In this document: positions 1 through 8,563 of the stretch, piece after piece
Position numbering within the stretch: the first letter of the stretch is position 1
Layout of the letters: each line of letters begins with the position of its first letter
DNA from: Promethearchaeota archaeon
Lineage (GTDB): Archaea > Asgardarchaeota > Lokiarchaeia > Sigyniarchaeales > SOKP01
NCBI GenBank assembly: GCA_048938445.1
Contig: JBHLME010000122.1
Location: 1 to 13,568, forward strand
Direction: 5' to 3'
Length of the DNA stretch: 13,568 nucleotides
The notes under the pieces: generated by a model
Told to the model about the DNA's origin: nothing
The model's input: only the letters and a program-made list of their open reading frames with translations
Database searches by the model: none
Translations under genes and position numbers: made by a program

Positions 1-96
1 AAATACAACCATTTTCTTCAGTTTTACATAAAATTTTAATTTTATTTCATATTTTCTATATCATCTTTTCTTACACATATAATGAATTGATCTACT

Positions 97-1425
97 TTGA
101 ATAAAAAGTTGGAAACTATCCGCTCGATTTTAATGGAACATCATGAGGAAATAAGCAAATCAATTCCTCTCATCGCTTCAGAAAACATAACGAGTCCAGC
201 AGTGAATGAGGCTTGTAATAGTGATTTCAGTCATAGATATGCAGAAGGATGGGTTGGACAGCGAGTTTATGCTGGTTGTAAATATATCGATCAGATCGAA
301 CAAATGTGCATGGATCTCTCAAATGAATATTTTAAATGCTGTTTTTCCGATGTCCGCCCAGTCTCTGGTGTAATGGCTAATATAGTATTGTATAATGCGT
401 TTACTTCTCGAAATAATGGAAAGATGATGGCTATGCCCATTCCAAAAGGAGGTCATATAAGCCATGCTCCATATGAAACATCCTCAGGACGCAAGATTTA
501 TGGGACTGCTGGTACAGTTAGGGGTCTGGATATAAAATATTTAGCATTTGATGAAGAAAATATGAATTTAGATATAGACAAGTCAGCGGAAATCATTCGA
601 GAATTTGAACCTGAAATGGTATTATTTGGAGGTTCAGTCTTTTTATTCCCACATCCCGTGAAAGAGTTAAGTGAAGTTTCAAGAGAGGTTGGAGCAAAAG
701 TTGGTTATGATGGAGCTCATGTTGCGGGATTAATAGGTTCAGGATATTTTCAAGATCCCTTGAGAGAAGGAGCAGATGCAATGAGCTTGAGTTGTCATAA
801 AACGTTACCAGGACCCCAAACGGGTGCTGTTGTTTCAGATAGAGAAGACTTGATAGAAGATTTAAAAAATGCTGCATTCCCCGCACTCTTTTCAAATCAC
901 CACCTCCATAATGTAGCAGGATATGCTGTAGCGCTTGTTGAAATGCTGGAATTTGGAAAAGAATATCATAAGAAAGTTATAGAAAATGCTCAATCATTAG
1001 GTGCAGCTCTTAAAGAGAGAGGATTTAATGTCTTATGCGAGCATCTTGGATTCACAAAATCTCATCAAGTTGTCATTGATATTGCTGATTTTGAAAAATC
1101 AGTAGGACTAGGGGGAGATATAGAAAGACTTTTAGAAGAGGCAAACATAATAATAAATAGAAACTTATTACCATGGGATATAAGAGAAGGTAGGCACTAT
1201 ATGAATCCTTCTGGATTACGACTTGGAACTTCTGAAATAACACGTTTAGGAATGGGTAAAACTGAGATGATTGAAATAGCTGAGTTTTTCAAGAAATTAA
1301 TTGTCGATAAAAAACCAGCAGATAAGGTAAAGAAAGAAGTCGCTTCTTTTAGAAAAGAATTTCAAGAAGTCAAATTTTGTTTCCAATCTAAAAATAAGGC
1401 TTATGAATATTTGAAATTTTATTAA
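97..1425 (+). CDS. glyA: Serine hydroxymethyltransferase (archaeal type, PLP-dependent)
   Basis: Motifs LIASEN, RYAEG...R.YAGC, GGHISH, YDGAHVAGLI, PLP-lysine motif SCHKTLPGPQ, SNHHLH and PSGLRLGT. Start is TTG at 97; ATG at 133 is an alternative. Confidence 0.96.
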   Translation: MNKKLETIRSILMEHHEEISKSIPLIASENITSPAVNEACNSDFSHRYAEGWVGQRVYAGCKYIDQIEQMCMDLSNEYFKCCFSDVRPVSGVMANIVLYNAFTSRNNGKMMAMPIPKGGHISHAPYETSSGRKIYGTAGTVRGLDIKYLAFDEENMNLDIDKSAEIIREFEPEMVLFGGSVFLFPHPVKELSEVSREVGAKVGYDGAHVAGLIGSGYFQDPLREGADAMSLSCHKTLPGPQTGAVVSDREDLIEDLKNAAFPALFSNHHLHNVAGYAVALVEMLEFGKEYHKKVIENAQSLGAALKERGFNVLCEHLGFTKSHQVVIDIADFEKSVGLGGDIERLLEEANIIINRNLLPWDIREGRHYMNPSGLRLGTSEITRLGMGKTEMIEIAEFFKKLIVDKKPADKVKKEVASFRKEFQEVKFCFQSKNKAYEYLKFY

Positions 1426-1487
1426 TACTAATTTTATAAACAATAAAACTTATTTTTTAAGACGTATTTTAGATATCATTCATATTC

Positions 1488-1503
1488 TAATTATAATATA
1501 TAA
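1488..1503 (+). promoter_or_regulatory. Possible TATA box for the rpoD cluster
   Basis: TAATTATAATATATAA lies about 15-30 nt upstream of ATG 1518, which would suit a leaderless or short-leader transcript. The very AT-rich background makes this weak. Confidence 0.3.
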
Positions 1504-1517
1504 ATTAATTGAATATC

Positions 1518-2363
1518 ATGAGTCTTAATCTTGAAGTTCTTGAAAAGAACGATCATAATTTAGTATTCGTAATAGAGGGTATTACTATCGAGATGGCTAA
1601 TGCACTCCGCCGAATTATCTTAACAGAAATTCCTGTAATGGCTGTGGACGAGGTAATAATCTTAAAAAATGATTCTCCACTCTATGATGAAATAATTGCT
1701 CACCGTTTGGGGATGCTACCATTAAAAACTGACCTTGAAACTTACAAACTACCCCGTGAATGTGAATGTGGTGGTTATGGTTGTCCACTTTGTCAAGTAT
1801 CCTTAACTTGCGAAATTCACAATACGGACAATAAACCTAAAACAATCTATTCAAGAGATTTAAAATCTAATGATCCTAAAATTGTTCCTGTTCATGATGA
1901 AATACCAATTCTTAAAATTGATCGAAATGATAAATTTATAATAGAAGCTTATTGTTCTCTCGGAATTGGCAAAGAACACGCAAAATACTCTGCAGTTTCA
2001 AACATATACTATAGAAATTTCCCTCAAATTGATTTCGATGATAGTAAATGTGATAAGTGCCCCGATAAATGTATCGTTTCTAGAATGTGTCCTAAACGGT
2101 TATATGATTTTTCAAATAATAAAACACCTAGTTTAGTAAAAAAATATTGGAAGGAGTGTGATTTATGCAACTCCTGCCAAACAAATTGTCCAGAGAAAGC
2201 AATAAAAGTTGATATAATCGATAATAAATTCATATTTTTTCTTGAAAGTGATGGAGTATTACCTTTTGATGTGATAATTTCAAAAACTTTTGAGATCTTT
2301 AATGAAAAAATAAATGAATTTGAAGAGAAACTAGAAGGTTTAGAAGTGCAGAGTATTGATTAA
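1518..2363 (+). CDS. rpoD: DNA-directed RNA polymerase subunit D (Rpo3) with Zn motif and ferredoxin-like insert
   Basis: Motifs ANALRRIILTEIPVMAVDEV, NDSPLYDEIIAHRLGMLPL and GIGKEHAKYS. Zn-type motif CECGGYGCPLC and Cys-rich domain CDKCPDKC...CP / CDLCNSCQTNCP. ATG 1518 preferred over TTG 1509. Directly followed by rpl18e-rpl13-rps9, the conserved archaeal order. Confidence 0.96.
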   Translation: MSLNLEVLEKNDHNLVFVIEGITIEMANALRRIILTEIPVMAVDEVIILKNDSPLYDEIIAHRLGMLPLKTDLETYKLPRECECGGYGCPLCQVSLTCEIHNTDNKPKTIYSRDLKSNDPKIVPVHDEIPILKIDRNDKFIIEAYCSLGIGKEHAKYSAVSNIYYRNFPQIDFDDSKCDKCPDKCIVSRMCPKRLYDFSNNKTPSLVKKYWKECDLCNSCQTNCPEKAIKVDIIDNKFIFFLESDGVLPFDVIISKTFEIFNEKINEFEEKLEGLEVQSID

Positions 2364-2443
2364 TGCTCTCATACCATTATCAAAAAATTATTAAAATATC
2401 AAACATTTACCACATAAAGAATTAGAATTAAAGTTTAAAGAAA

Positions 2444-2800
2444 ATGAGTCATCGCATTCAAGGTCCTAGTAATCATTATATTAGAGTTTTAATAAGAGAT
2501 TTATGGAAAACAAAGAGAAGAATTTGGAGAAAAGTAAGTAAGAAATTATCCGGATCAAGACGTCAAAGAGTAGAAGCAAATTTATACCGTATAAATAAAA
2601 AAACAAAACCTAATGACGTTATAGTTATTCCGGGGAAAATCTTAGGAATTGGTGAATTGACTCATAAACTTACGATTTCATGTTTAAATTGTTCAGATTC
2701 CGCTAAAAAGAAAATAGAGGCTTCAGGAAGTAAACTCATATCTATTGAAGATCTATTAGAACAAAATCCAACGGGAAAAAACGTGAAAGTATTCTATTAG
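2444..2800 (+). CDS. rpl18e: 50S ribosomal protein L18e (eL18)
   Basis: IWRKVSKKLSGSRRQRVEANLYRI, VIVIPGKILGIG, SDSAKKKIEASG and NPTGKNV; lies between rpoD and rpl13. Confidence 0.95.
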   Translation: MSHRIQGPSNHYIRVLIRDLWKTKRRIWRKVSKKLSGSRRQRVEANLYRINKKTKPNDVIVIPGKILGIGELTHKLTISCLNCSDSAKKKIEASGSKLISIEDLLEQNPTGKNVKVFY

Positions 2801-2817
2801 TATAGACAATAACGAAA

Positions 2818-3297
2818 GTGAAAAATATGATAGAATATCAGCTATTAGATGCAACGGATCAAATTTTAGGACGATTTTGTAGTCAAGTTGCTAAGAGAGT
2901 GTTATTAGGTGAAAGAATTGTAATTAAAAATGCTAAAGACGCGATTATTAGCGGTAATAAAAGAGATATTCATGAAAAATATTTAGCAAGGTTAAATATT
3001 AGCACCGCTACTAATCCTAAAAGAGGTCCTTTCTGGCCTAGACGCCCAGACACCTTGATGAGAAATGTCATTAAAAAAATGCTTCCTAGGAAAAAAAGGA
3101 GAGGAAAAGAAGCTCTAAGAAGGGTTCACGTTTATATATCTGAAATCCCCGAAAGGTTTCAACAAAAGTATCCGAAATTAGTATCCAATGAAATACCAAA
3201 TGCCCATAAAAAGCGTTTATCATATTATAATAAATACATAACTTTAGAAAACTTATGTACAAGAATTGGTTGGAATAAACAATCGCTTGAGGTTTAA
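2818..3297 (+). CDS. rpl13: 50S ribosomal protein L13 (uL13), archaeal/eukaryotic type
   Basis: DATDQILGRFCSQVAK, NPKRGPFWPRRPD and KMLPRKKRRGKEALRR. Start is GTG 2818 or ATG 2827. Confidence 0.95.
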   Translation: MKNMIEYQLLDATDQILGRFCSQVAKRVLLGERIVIKNAKDAIISGNKRDIHEKYLARLNISTATNPKRGPFWPRRPDTLMRNVIKKMLPRKKRRGKEALRRVHVYISEIPERFQQKYPKLVSNEIPNAHKKRLSYYNKYITLENLCTRIGWNKQSLEV

Positions 3298-3302
3298 GTT
3301 CA

Positions 3303-3719
3303 ATGTCAACAAAGAGCAAAGTTATTCAATCATCGGGAAAAAGAAAAACAGCAATTGCGAGAGCTGTATTGCATTATCCTGCTAAAGGAATTATAAAAAT
3401 AAATAATATTCCTTTAGATTTATATGAACCAGAACTCGAAAAATTCAGAATTAAAGAAGTATTAGACATCGTTAATCATCCAAAAATTGAAAAAGCAGAT
3501 ATCAATGTTAAAGTACGGGGTGGCGGGAAAAAAGGACAAACTGAAGCAGTTCGAATGGCAATAGCCAAAGTATTATATAAGTTAATTGGTACGAAAACTT
3601 TAGAACGCACTTTCAGAGAATATGACGATTCATTACTTTCAGGCGATTCAAGGAGAACCGAACCCAAGAAGTTTGGAGGGAAAAAGGCAAGGGCCAGACG
3701 CCAAAAGTCTTTTAGGTAA
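3303..3719 (+). CDS. rps9: 30S ribosomal protein S9 (uS9)
   Basis: SGKRKTAIARA, VRGGGKKGQTEAVRMAIAK and YDDSLLSGDSRRTEPKKFGGKKARARRQKSFR. SD-like GAGGT at the end of rpl13. Confidence 0.97.
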   Translation: MSTKSKVIQSSGKRKTAIARAVLHYPAKGIIKINNIPLDLYEPELEKFRIKEVLDIVNHPKIEKADINVKVRGGGKKGQTEAVRMAIAKVLYKLIGTKTLERTFREYDDSLLSGDSRRTEPKKFGGKKARARRQKSFR

Positions 3720-3747
3720 CCGAAAGTTCAAACTATCCTTAAAACTA

Positions 3748-5070
3748 TTACATTAAAATTTCAATATTAGCCCCTAATTTCTTAAGATCCTTAATGAACG
3801 TTGGATAAGAGTCTTTCACGATTTCAATATTTTTAATTTGGGAAGAAGTTTCTGCATTTATCGCTGCTATACAACAGGCCATGGCAATTCTATGATCATT
3901 TTCATGTTCGATTGTACTTCCACTTAATTTTTTACATCTATAGATCGTCATCTTGTCTTCTTCTTCTTCAACCTTTACTCCCATCTTTGTTAATTCTCTT
4001 GCCATTGCAGAGACTCGATCGCTTTCTTTATGCCGAATATTTGATGCATTAAAAAGCACTGTTTTTTTTGTGAAGGCTCCTATGACAGATAATATTGGGA
4101 ATAGATCAGGAATATCATTACAATTAATTTCAATCCCCTTTAAATTATTTTTAGAAAGATTTCCATGGATTATTATTTGATTTTGTTCTTTCACAGTTTC
4201 TATGCTTGCACCCATTTTTCGTAATATTTCAATAATTTGTTTATCTCCTTGAGGACTTTCAATGTCAAGATTATTAATAGTAACAATAGACTCTTGTTTT
4301 GAGAGGACAGCAGCAGCTATTATGAAAGCAGCTGATGAAAAATCACCTGGTACATCATATACTTGAGGTCTAAACCTTTGATTACAGGGAATTAAATAAG
4401 AACCACTTTTTTGATCATTTAAATTTTCAATAATCTTTATTCCAAATGATTTCAATACATCCAATGTGATTTTAACATAAGGATGTGAGATTAGTGGAGT
4501 TGTTATTTCAATTTCAATTTTGGCTATCTTATCACAATCTAATCTTGTTGATAAAATAAGTAAAGCAGTTATGAATTGTGAACTGATATCTCCTTGAATT
4601 ATTATTTTATCACATTTCATCGCAACTCTCTTAATGTTTACCACATCACCAGATAAATTATATTCACCACCAACAGCTTTTAATGAATCCAATAAGGGAA
4701 GTATTGGTCTTTTTCTTTTCATGAATTCGCCTGTTAATGATAATCCCCCTTCAATTATAAGAGCTAAAGCACTAAAAATTCTAATGGAAGTTCCAGAATT
4801 TCCACAATCAATCACTTGATTAACGGATTCAAATGATTTTTCTTCACTCTTAACAATTGCTTTATTTCCCGCAATTTCTAATACCTTTACACCCAAAGTT
4901 TTTAGAATTTCTATAGTGACGCTAACATCACCAGAGATTAGAGGATTTCGGATTACTGAAACTCCATCAGCAAAACTAGCTACTATAAATGCTCTATGGG
5001 AATAACTCTTGGAACCAGGAGCTATAATGGTTCCATCTAATTTTGATGTGGGATTGATTTTTACGTCCAT
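3748..5070 (-). CDS. aroA: 3-phosphoshikimate 1-carboxyvinyltransferase (EPSP synthase)
   Basis: PGSKSYSHRA, CGNSGTSIR, SSQFITALL, PGDFSSAAF, DIPDLFP, RHKESDR, NDHRIAMA and SYPTF. Confidence 0.96.
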   Translation of the reverse strand: MDVKINPTSKLDGTIIAPGSKSYSHRAFIVASFADGVSVIRNPLISGDVSVTIEILKTLGVKVLEIAGNKAIVKSEEKSFESVNQVIDCGNSGTSIRIFSALALIIEGGLSLTGEFMKRKRPILPLLDSLKAVGGEYNLSGDVVNIKRVAMKCDKIIIQGDISSQFITALLILSTRLDCDKIAKIEIEITTPLISHPYVKITLDVLKSFGIKIIENLNDQKSGSYLIPCNQRFRPQVYDVPGDFSSAAFIIAAAVLSKQESIVTINNLDIESPQGDKQIIEILRKMGASIETVKEQNQIIIHGNLSKNNLKGIEINCNDIPDLFPILSVIGAFTKKTVLFNASNIRHKESDRVSAMARELTKMGVKVEEEEDKMTIYRCKKLSGSTIEHENDHRIAMACCIAAINAETSSQIKNIEIVKDSYPTFIKDLKKLGANIEILM

Positions 5071-5217
5071 CAGTTCATTTAAAAATAGTTTTATTATTTA
5101 AAGTAAGACTCTTATATTAGATATCTTTTTTTATTTACTTAAATTAATTGCTTGATTAATAAGAACTACACTATATTATTTTTTTTTTGAAAATAATAGT
5201 TTAATATAAAAATGATT

Positions 5218-5265
5218 TTTATGAGAATAATTTTTAAGTATAATTTATCGTATTTATGAGAATAA
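5218..5265. repeat. Exact 13-bp direct repeat TTTATGAGAATAA (5218-5230 and 5253-5265), candidate operator pair
   Basis: Read directly from the sequence: the copies start 35 bp apart and each has an internal dyad TTAT-N4-ATAA. They lie in the divergent aroA/RACo intergenic region. The repeat is certain; the operator role is inference. Confidence 0.6.
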
Positions 5266-5310
5266 AACCAAATTAAATTAAAATTATAACTAATATTAAT
5301 CAACTCAGAT

Positions 5311-7281
5311 ATGAAAGAAAATATCGAAAGAATTATTATTGATTTTGAACCAATATCAAGACGAATTCATTTACTCAAAAATAGGAATATTTACGAAAAT
5401 TTAACTAAAGCCGGTATTCAAATTAGATCTTTATGTGGTGGAAAGGGTTCCTGTGGAAAATGCAAAATATTAATTGAACGAGGAATAAATTTTATGAATC
5501 CTCCTACAAATTCTGAATTAAAGGCACTATCTAAAGAGGATATTGAGGGAAATTGGAGGTTAGCGTGCCAAGTACAAATAAATAAAGACCTGATTAATAC
5601 AATTGGTCGAATTAATCATCCTCAATTTAGAATCTATTTGCCAGATGAGTTATTATTTGAAGATTTTAAAATTCTTACTTCAGGTATCGAAAAAGGTGTG
5701 ATTGTTCAACCAGCTATTAAGAAAGTATTTGTAAATGTTCAAAAACCATTATTGGAACAACCAATTTCAGATTTTGAAAGGATCTTAAATAAAATGTATT
5801 CAGATAGCACGTTTAAAAAAAATGAAAGAGATATAGCAGTTAATTTAAATATTTTAAAAAAAATACCAAGTGTTTTACGAGAAGATAACCATCAAATTAC
5901 CTTAACTATTTGGAATGATAATGAAATAATTGAATGTGAACCAGGAAATACCATCGATAAAAATTTTGGTATCGCTTTTGATATTGGTACTACTACAATT
6001 GTTGGTTATTTAATCAATTTAATTGATGGAAAAATTCACGCGGTCTCTTCTAAACTAAATCCTCAAACTGCATATGGAGAAGATGTCATTAGTCGTATGG
6101 ATTATATAAAAGAAAACGTAAATGGTCTTCAAGAATTAAATTCTGCCGTTCTTCAAGCTCTTAATGATATTATTAGAAAAAATTGTTCGAAAGTAGGAAT
6201 CGAAACGTCTCAAATTTATGAAGCTACAATAGTAGGTAACACTGTAATGCATCATATCTTTTTAGGTATAAATCCCATACATATTGGATTAAGCCCTTAC
6301 ATCCCAGTAGTTCAACAAAACTTAAATATTAAATCTAAAGATTTGAAATTAAATATGGCTGAGTTAGGCAATGTATATACTGCTCCCATCATAGCAGGAT
6401 TTGTAGGAGCTGATACAATAGGTGTAATTGTGTCATCTAAAATTGATGAAGAAAATGACCTCACACTTGCAATAGATATTGGAACGAATGGTGAAATTAT
6501 TGTTGGAAATCGTAAAACGTTAGCTACAGGATCATGTGCTGCGGGTTCTGCATTAGAGGGAGCTCATATTAAAAATGGAATGAGAGCTGCCGCTGGAGCA
6601 ATCGATTCAGTTAAAATTGATCCAAGTTCTCTTGAGGTTCATTATACTACAATTAAAAATAAATCTCCATTAGGAATATGTGGTTCTGGTTTAATAGATA
6701 TAGTCGCAGAAATGTTAAGATCAAAAATTCTTACTCGAAGTGGAAATTTTAATACTGAATTAATAGATAATGGTTTATTTATAAAAAAGAATAATGATCT
6801 TGAGTTTATTATAGCAAATAAAAGAGATACTAGTATAAATAAGGATCTAACGATTTCCCAAGAGGATATAAGACAAATCCAAATGGCAAAAGCTGCTTTT
6901 TATTCAGGAACAAGAATTATATTAAATCAAATTAAGAAACTAAATGAAAGTTCTAAGCATGATATTAAACAAGTGTTTCTAGCTGGAGCTTTCGGAAATT
7001 ATATAGATAAAGAGAATGCAAGGTTTATAGGAATGATTCCTGATTTACCTTTGGAAAAAATTTATCAAATAGGAAATGCTGCAGGAATGGGAGCGCAACA
7101 TTTTCTTCTTAATAAAAATATTAGGAAAAAAGCCATGAAATTATTAAATGAGATCCAATATATTGAAATTGCGATAAAAAAAGAATTTCAAAGAGAATAT
7201 GCCGAAGCAATGTATTTCCCTCACTTAAATTTGAACCTTTTTCCAAGTTTAGGTGAATATTCAAATATTTCAAAAAGATAA
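5311..7281 (+). CDS. ASKHA-domain ATP-dependent reductive activator of corrinoid proteins (RACo/DUF4445 family) with N-terminal [2Fe-2S] domain
   Basis: CGGKGSCGKC...RLACQ [2Fe-2S] motif; DIGTTT, NPQTAYGEDVISR, GNTVMHH, GFVGAD, DIGTNGEI, CAAGSALEG, GICGSG, LAGAFG and GNAAG. Confidence 0.92.
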   Translation: MKENIERIIIDFEPISRRIHLLKNRNIYENLTKAGIQIRSLCGGKGSCGKCKILIERGINFMNPPTNSELKALSKEDIEGNWRLACQVQINKDLINTIGRINHPQFRIYLPDELLFEDFKILTSGIEKGVIVQPAIKKVFVNVQKPLLEQPISDFERILNKMYSDSTFKKNERDIAVNLNILKKIPSVLREDNHQITLTIWNDNEIIECEPGNTIDKNFGIAFDIGTTTIVGYLINLIDGKIHAVSSKLNPQTAYGEDVISRMDYIKENVNGLQELNSAVLQALNDIIRKNCSKVGIETSQIYEATIVGNTVMHHIFLGINPIHIGLSPYIPVVQQNLNIKSKDLKLNMAELGNVYTAPIIAGFVGADTIGVIVSSKIDEENDLTLAIDIGTNGEIIVGNRKTLATGSCAAGSALEGAHIKNGMRAAAGAIDSVKIDPSSLEVHYTTIKNKSPLGICGSGLIDIVAEMLRSKILTRSGNFNTELIDNGLFIKKNNDLEFIIANKRDTSINKDLTISQEDIRQIQMAKAAFYSGTRIILNQIKKLNESSKHDIKQVFLAGAFGNYIDKENARFIGMIPDLPLEKIYQIGNAAGMGAQHFLLNKNIRKKAMKLLNEIQYIEIAIKKEFQREYAEAMYFPHLNLNLFPSLGEYSNISKR

Positions 7282-7345
7282 TAATAATTAAGTTAAATTA
7301 TTATCAAAGTAATTAATAAAAGAAAAAATGAAGAAGTGGTAATCC

Positions 7346-8455
7346 TTGGGAGATAATACTCTTGGAAATAAATTTAAGATTACATCGTTTGGTGAGAGCC
7401 ATGGAAGCGTTATTGGGATTATTATAGATGGTGTACCTGCAGGTCTAGATATCAACATAGATTTCATTCAATCAGAATTAGATATAAGAAGACCAGGACA
7501 ATCAGATATTACAACTAGTAGATTGGAACCGGATATTGCTAAAATAATCTCAGGTGTTTTTAATAATAAGACAACAGGAGCACCTTTGGGATTAATTATT
7601 GAAAACAAGGATATAGATTCTTCAAAATATGAAAAATTTAAAAAAATCTTAAGACCTTCCCAAGTAGACTATTCTGCTTTAAAAAAATTCGGAGGATTTG
7701 CGGATTATCGTGGATCAGGCAGATTCTCGGGGAGAATTACAGCCAGTTTTGTGATGGCAGGTGCAATTGCCAAGCAGATATTAGAAAAAAATAAAATCAG
7801 GATTATTGCTTATACAAAAAGTATTGGAAACATTGTTGATAATGATAATTATGACTTCAATGATATTGAAAAAAAAATTCAAGTAAGAGAAAAATCATCA
7901 GTGAGATCTTTAAATTCAGAAAAATCAAAAGAAATGGAAAATGTTATCAAAGAGGTAAAATCTCAAAATGATTCAATCGGAGGTATCATAAAATGCATCG
8001 TAAATAACTTTCCTGAAGGAGTAGGTGGTCCAGTTTTTAATAGCTTGGAATCAAATTTAAGTAAAGCAATCTTTTCAATTCCAGGAGTTAAAGGTATTGA
8101 ATTTGGAGCGGGATTTGATGCATCTAAAATGAAAGGATCTGAACACAATGATCCTTGGATGATTAAAGATGGTAAGATTGGAACGCTCAAAAATGATTCT
8201 GGAGGAATTATAGGAGGTATATCAACGGGAATGAATATAGAATTTAATGTGGCAATTAAACCAACTCCAACAATAGGAAAACTTCAAAAAACTGTAAATA
8301 TTGAAAAAATGGAAAATATTCAATTTAAATTCACTGGTAGACACGATCCATGCATAGTTCCTAGAGCAATAGTTATAGTCGAAGCCCTAACTGCTGTTGT
8401 TTTACTTGACTTCTTATTAACTGAAGGAAAGATATCTCCAATATTAGAATCTTAA
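7346..8455 (+). CDS. aroC: Chorismate synthase
   Basis: NTLG...TSFGESHG, RRPGQS...R.EPD, TTGAP, DYRGSGRFSGR, DSIGG, SIPGVKGIEFG, GGIIGGISTG, KPTPTI and GRHDPCIVPRA. TTG start. Confidence 0.95.
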   Translation: MGDNTLGNKFKITSFGESHGSVIGIIIDGVPAGLDINIDFIQSELDIRRPGQSDITTSRLEPDIAKIISGVFNNKTTGAPLGLIIENKDIDSSKYEKFKKILRPSQVDYSALKKFGGFADYRGSGRFSGRITASFVMAGAIAKQILEKNKIRIIAYTKSIGNIVDNDNYDFNDIEKKIQVREKSSVRSLNSEKSKEMENVIKEVKSQNDSIGGIIKCIVNNFPEGVGGPVFNSLESNLSKAIFSIPGVKGIEFGAGFDASKMKGSEHNDPWMIKDGKIGTLKNDSGGIIGGISTGMNIEFNVAIKPTPTIGKLQKTVNIEKMENIQFKFTGRHDPCIVPRAIVIVEALTAVVLLDFLLTEGKISPILES

Positions 8456-8550
8456 TCTTATAAAAAAATGAATATTTTTTTAAGACCATATTTCCATGAT
8501 GATTGTGAAAGATGATATAATTCAATTACTCATTAATTGCTATTTTAAAT

Positions 8551-8556
8551 AGGAGA
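8551..8556 (+). promoter_or_regulatory. Shine-Dalgarno-like site (AGGAGA)
   Basis: AGGAGA lies 7 nt before ATG 8564, which supports translation of the small ORF. Confidence 0.55.
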
Positions 8557-8563
8557 TAAATTT

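Noticed and set aside
1-12. Possible start of a divergent gene (minus strand ATG GTT GTA TTT)
   Set aside because: Only four codons are visible; cannot be supported without the flanking sequence.
784-825. SHMT PLP motif variant SLSCHKTLPGPQTG
   Set aside because: His-Lys and the upstream hydroxyl residue are retained, so this looks like ordinary archaeal variation.
593-895. 100-aa minus-strand ORF
   Set aside because: Antisense shadow of glyA with no recognisable motifs.
2364-2443. Possible tRNA between rpoD and rpl18e, as found in some euryarchaea
   Set aside because: The 80-bp gap is very AT-rich, with no cloverleaf stems or T-loop motif.
2024-3667. Minus-strand ORFs 2024-2233, 3086-3319 and 3476-3667
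   Set aside because: Antisense to rpoD, rpl13 and rps9, with composition typical of shadow frames.
3720-3747. Expected rpoN after rps9
   Set aside because: Only 28 bp before the convergent aroA stop; no room for a gene.
3953-4819. Plus-strand ORFs 3953-4180 and 4634-4819
   Set aside because: Antisense shadows inside aroA.
5171-5199. T-tract with AT-only inverted arms
   Set aside because: Low complexity and located between divergent genes, so it cannot be supported as a terminator.
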